A DNA stretch of 64,000 nucleotides, from assembly GCF_011386835.1 (NCBI RefSeq), contig NC_088791.1, forward strand, positions 325,872,001 through 325,936,000, read 5' to 3'. The notes under the pieces were generated by a model, which saw only the letters and a program-made list of their open reading frames with translations, had not been told where the DNA came from and did not search any database. The stretch comes from Chrysemys picta bellii. Lineage: Eukaryota. Positions 60,912-64,000 of this stretch are shown in pieces. The translations under genes and the position numbers were made by a program. How positions within the stretch are numbered: position 1 is the stretch's first letter; each line of letters starts with the position of its first letter.

Positions 60912-60987
60912 CCATTGTTAACTCTTGCTGGGTGGATTCCCTAATCTAGTCCTGCCCTATAAAAGATCTGTGTCCTGCACTCCCTTA

Positions 60988-61246
60988 GGACAGGTCTCCA
61001 CTACTTATCTATATTGGTATAACTATGTGGCTCAGGGGTATGAAAAATCCACACCCCTGAGCGACTTATTTATACCAACCTAGCCCTCCACCCCACTGAC
61101 TGCTCTATAGTGGTGGGAGAGCTTCTCCCACCAACTTAGCTACGGCCTCTCAGGGAGGTGGATTAACTACAACTACGGGAGAAGTTCTGTTGGCATAGGA
61201 GCAGCTTTACTGATGCAACTGCAGCACTGTACGTGAAGACAAGCCC
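60988..61246. mobile_element. PIF/Harbinger-type MITE
   Basis: Termini ggacaggtctccact and gtgaagacaagccc; TSD TTA on both sides. Confidence 0.75.
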
Positions 61247-61443
61247 TTAGTGGCTGATGGTTTCAATGTTCTGGTGGAAGGGTATGGGACAGGGAAAAAG
61301 GTGATTCCTCAGGTAGCTAGCATCAGTCACGGGGAAGGCGGGTCTCTATATTTGGAGGAAGCCACTGCAGAGAGCAGAGCACTGGGATGATGTATTTACA
61401 TAGGATCACTGTATTTTCTACCAGTTGGAGCTGCATGAGGCCA

Positions 61444-61628
61444 TCATAGAATAGAATATCAAGGTTGGAAGGGATCTGAGGAGGTCATCTAGTTCAACCC
61501 CCTGCTCAAAGCAGGACCAATCCCCAGGCAGCTTTTTGCCCCAGATCCCTAAATGGCCCCCTCAAGGATTGAGCTCACAATGCTGGGTTTAGCAGGCCAA
61601 TGTTCAAACCACTGAACTATCCCTCCGC
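61444..61628 (-). mobile_element. Turtle PolIII/SINE
   Basis: Reverse complement of the 47463 family: head gggatagttcagtggtttgaacattggcctgctaaacc and CR1 tail cccttccaacc..ttctatg. Confidence 0.85.
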
Positions 61629-64000
61629 CCTTCAATTCTAGATGTAGGCCCAGGGTGCAAACCCCTTACTCGCATCAGTGTGCAGTTGCTCTCAGGAGTA
61701 GTTCCACTCAAGTCCAGCCGTGTACAGTTCACAAATTTGAGCAATAGGTTCACAGGCTGGCCTGTCGTGGTTAAGGTAACTAAGCCTAGAGGTCACAAAT
61801 GCATGGATCATCACAGCCAGGTCTGTGTCTGATAGGATGGGGCCAGTCACTGGTATTTTTTGCCACTGTGGCTATTTGGGCATCTTGTAGCGCTGAGGAG
61901 TCCAAAAGGATCCCAAGGTTGCACACCAGCTTAACAATCTGAGGGCAGATGCCTTCAATACTGTGGAATGTTAAAGAGGAGGCAAGTTCTTCTTAGTACT
62001 TCCCTCTTCCTACCAGCGTTGCCTCTGATTTGCTTGGGCGAATTAGAAGGCTTAGCTTTATTTTTCATTTTTCTGGGTTTACTTGACTTTTATGTGCTTG
62101 GTGGTTTCTCAGCCTTAATACTGCATTAACTTTAGTGCTTGCACTTCGTTTGTTTTCCTCCATAAGCCTGAATTAATTCCACAAAGAAATTTCTTTCATG
62201 CCCAGTGGTGGGAAATAAGACACAGGAATTCTCAATTAGCTTTTGCCATATGAGTTTCATCTTGTTTATTTGCTGGCTAGATTTGAAACTGAGCCTGGTC
62301 TCTGAGCTGAGCACTTACTAACGCAGGGTCTGTCGTCATTCACATAGATGTGTTAGAAGATGTATTGATGGGGTTGTGGAGAGGTGAGGGTTGTTGAGAA
62401 TTTTTGTCCCTTCCCTACTCAGTTTATTAGGCCATGTGACATTTGCTATCATGACATTTTTTATTCCACTTTGTCAGGCACCAGAGGCCTTCTGGCAAGG
62501 GTGCTCTATAAATAAAAAAAAAAAACATATTATTACTCTTAAAGGAGAGAATTCATATGACAGTGGAGAACATTCCCTTCACTGCATGTGTAGCAGAGCC
62601 CCTCAATTCATTTTTTTTCTTTGAGTGCATTATAAAAAGCTATCTATTTGCAGCCCGTGTAAAAAGTCCTGAACAAGGAACATTTAGGCTGGCTTCCTGG
62701 CTCACCATTATTCGGAAGTCAAAAGTTTTAAATGACACTTTGTGAAAAATAACAATGAATTTCCACTCTTTTTCACAATGACCTTAAGGGATTTTGGATG
62801 CATGTGTAAGGTCCCCATTAACTTCAATGTTATGCATTCAGAATGTACGCATCTGAGAATGGAAGTTGGCCACTTAAGCTCCTAAGGGTCAGATTTTTAA
62901 AGGTATTTAAGCACTTAATTATGCAGATATATGCCTATTGGAATTGTCAGAAGTGCCTAGGTACCTAACTCCCATTTGAAAATCCCATCTTTAGGATTAA
63001 ATACCTTTAAAAATCAGGTCCTAAGTCACTTTTGAAAATGGGCCTTAAAATCCTAGGTTTTTTGAAAAATTTACCCACTGACTTCACTCCCTTGAAGGTT
63101 GTACCCATTGTGTATTCATCTAACACAATTCATAGAAGCATTCAAAAGAGGATCGGTGTATGTAGTATAGAGAACAGCTACCAAAGCTATGAATCCTTCA
63201 TTTTTCCTGGATGGAGAAAAGAAGTTAACAAAGTGAAAAGTTATCCGGGATGGCAGTAAAATAAAAAAGTGCTCTCAGAGGAGGTTGTCTGGCCCCTTTT
63301 GTTGTGCTACATAAAATGATTGTGCATAGGGAGGAGCGGGAGTGAATTTAAATTGAAAAAAATAGCATTTGGAATAAAAGGTTGAGTGAAAGGCCCATGA
63401 CCTCTACTCCAACAGGCCCTGCCTCCTTAGGAGAAGGATAAAGAAAAGTTTTAAACAAAGATAGGTTGTTCTCCCCAAAAAAAAAAAATGGACATTCTGC
63501 TTAAATGGAGAGTGTATTTTGCAAAGGGGTCAACTAACTTCCTTTTCTGGGCTGTACACAAAGGCTTTGTCTACACTGGTGAGCATGCTTGAGTACTGAA
63601 TCATACACATGCCTGCACATGCTCCCCATACCCACGCTGAGTGTTGACATTATGCTGGACTGGACACAGGTATAATGCTGTGTACATGCATATACTCGTG
63701 TGCACACTGCCACTGTTGTTACGCAATGTTAGAGCTACCATTTCAGGGACAGCATCCCAGGATTCTCTGTGTCTATGAACTGCTTTGCTGTGTCTTGTTG
63801 GTACTGTCCCCCACCTTCACACATTTGCTGATGGCAGTTCCTGATCACGTCACCCCTCACTGTTATTCCCGGCCACACTGAGTTGAAGACATGGAGCAAT
63901 GAGATGATGATCTGGTTCTGCTCCTGCTCCCTATTGCAGGACACATTTTTAGGCAGTGGAGTAGACCATTGATGGCCCGCTGGATGGAATTTGGGCAGAA

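Noticed and set aside
1-64000. CRISPR array or prokaryotic system
   Set aside because: No regularly spaced repeat-spacer structure or operon-like ORFs; all tandem repeats are degenerate minisatellites or microsatellites in eukaryotic TEs.

Overview
Vertebrate genomic DNA, very probably a turtle: it carries turtle-type PolIII/SINEs, CR1 and Tx1 fragments, Penelope-like elements (PLE) and many hAT, Harbinger and mariner MITEs. It is not prokaryotic and has no CRISPR, rRNA or true tRNA gene. No long protein-coding exon is present. The window looks like the 5' intronic region of a large + strand gene, with a promoter-like block near 21.4-22.1 kb, a cassette-like exon at 34.6 kb and three micro-exons at 56.5-57.0 kb, one using a GC donor. 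I could not identify the gene. The most notable structures are: (1) a four-level nested transposon stack at 50.2-54.1 kb (Tx1 < hAT MITE < Penelope < Blackjack-type hAT MITE) with three target-site duplications (TSDs) still readable; (2) minimal hammerhead ribozyme motifs in the Penelope repeats, one intact on the minus strand and its plus-strand twin split by a transposon; (3) a TSD-flanked internal Tx1 ORF1 fragment whose ATG comes from the target site; (4) a predicted exon chain open for 49 codons unless a stop-containing exon, flanked by inverted MITEs, is included. Repeat family names are from recognition of termini, TSDs and peptide motifs, not from a database search. Coordinates of old repeats are approximate.
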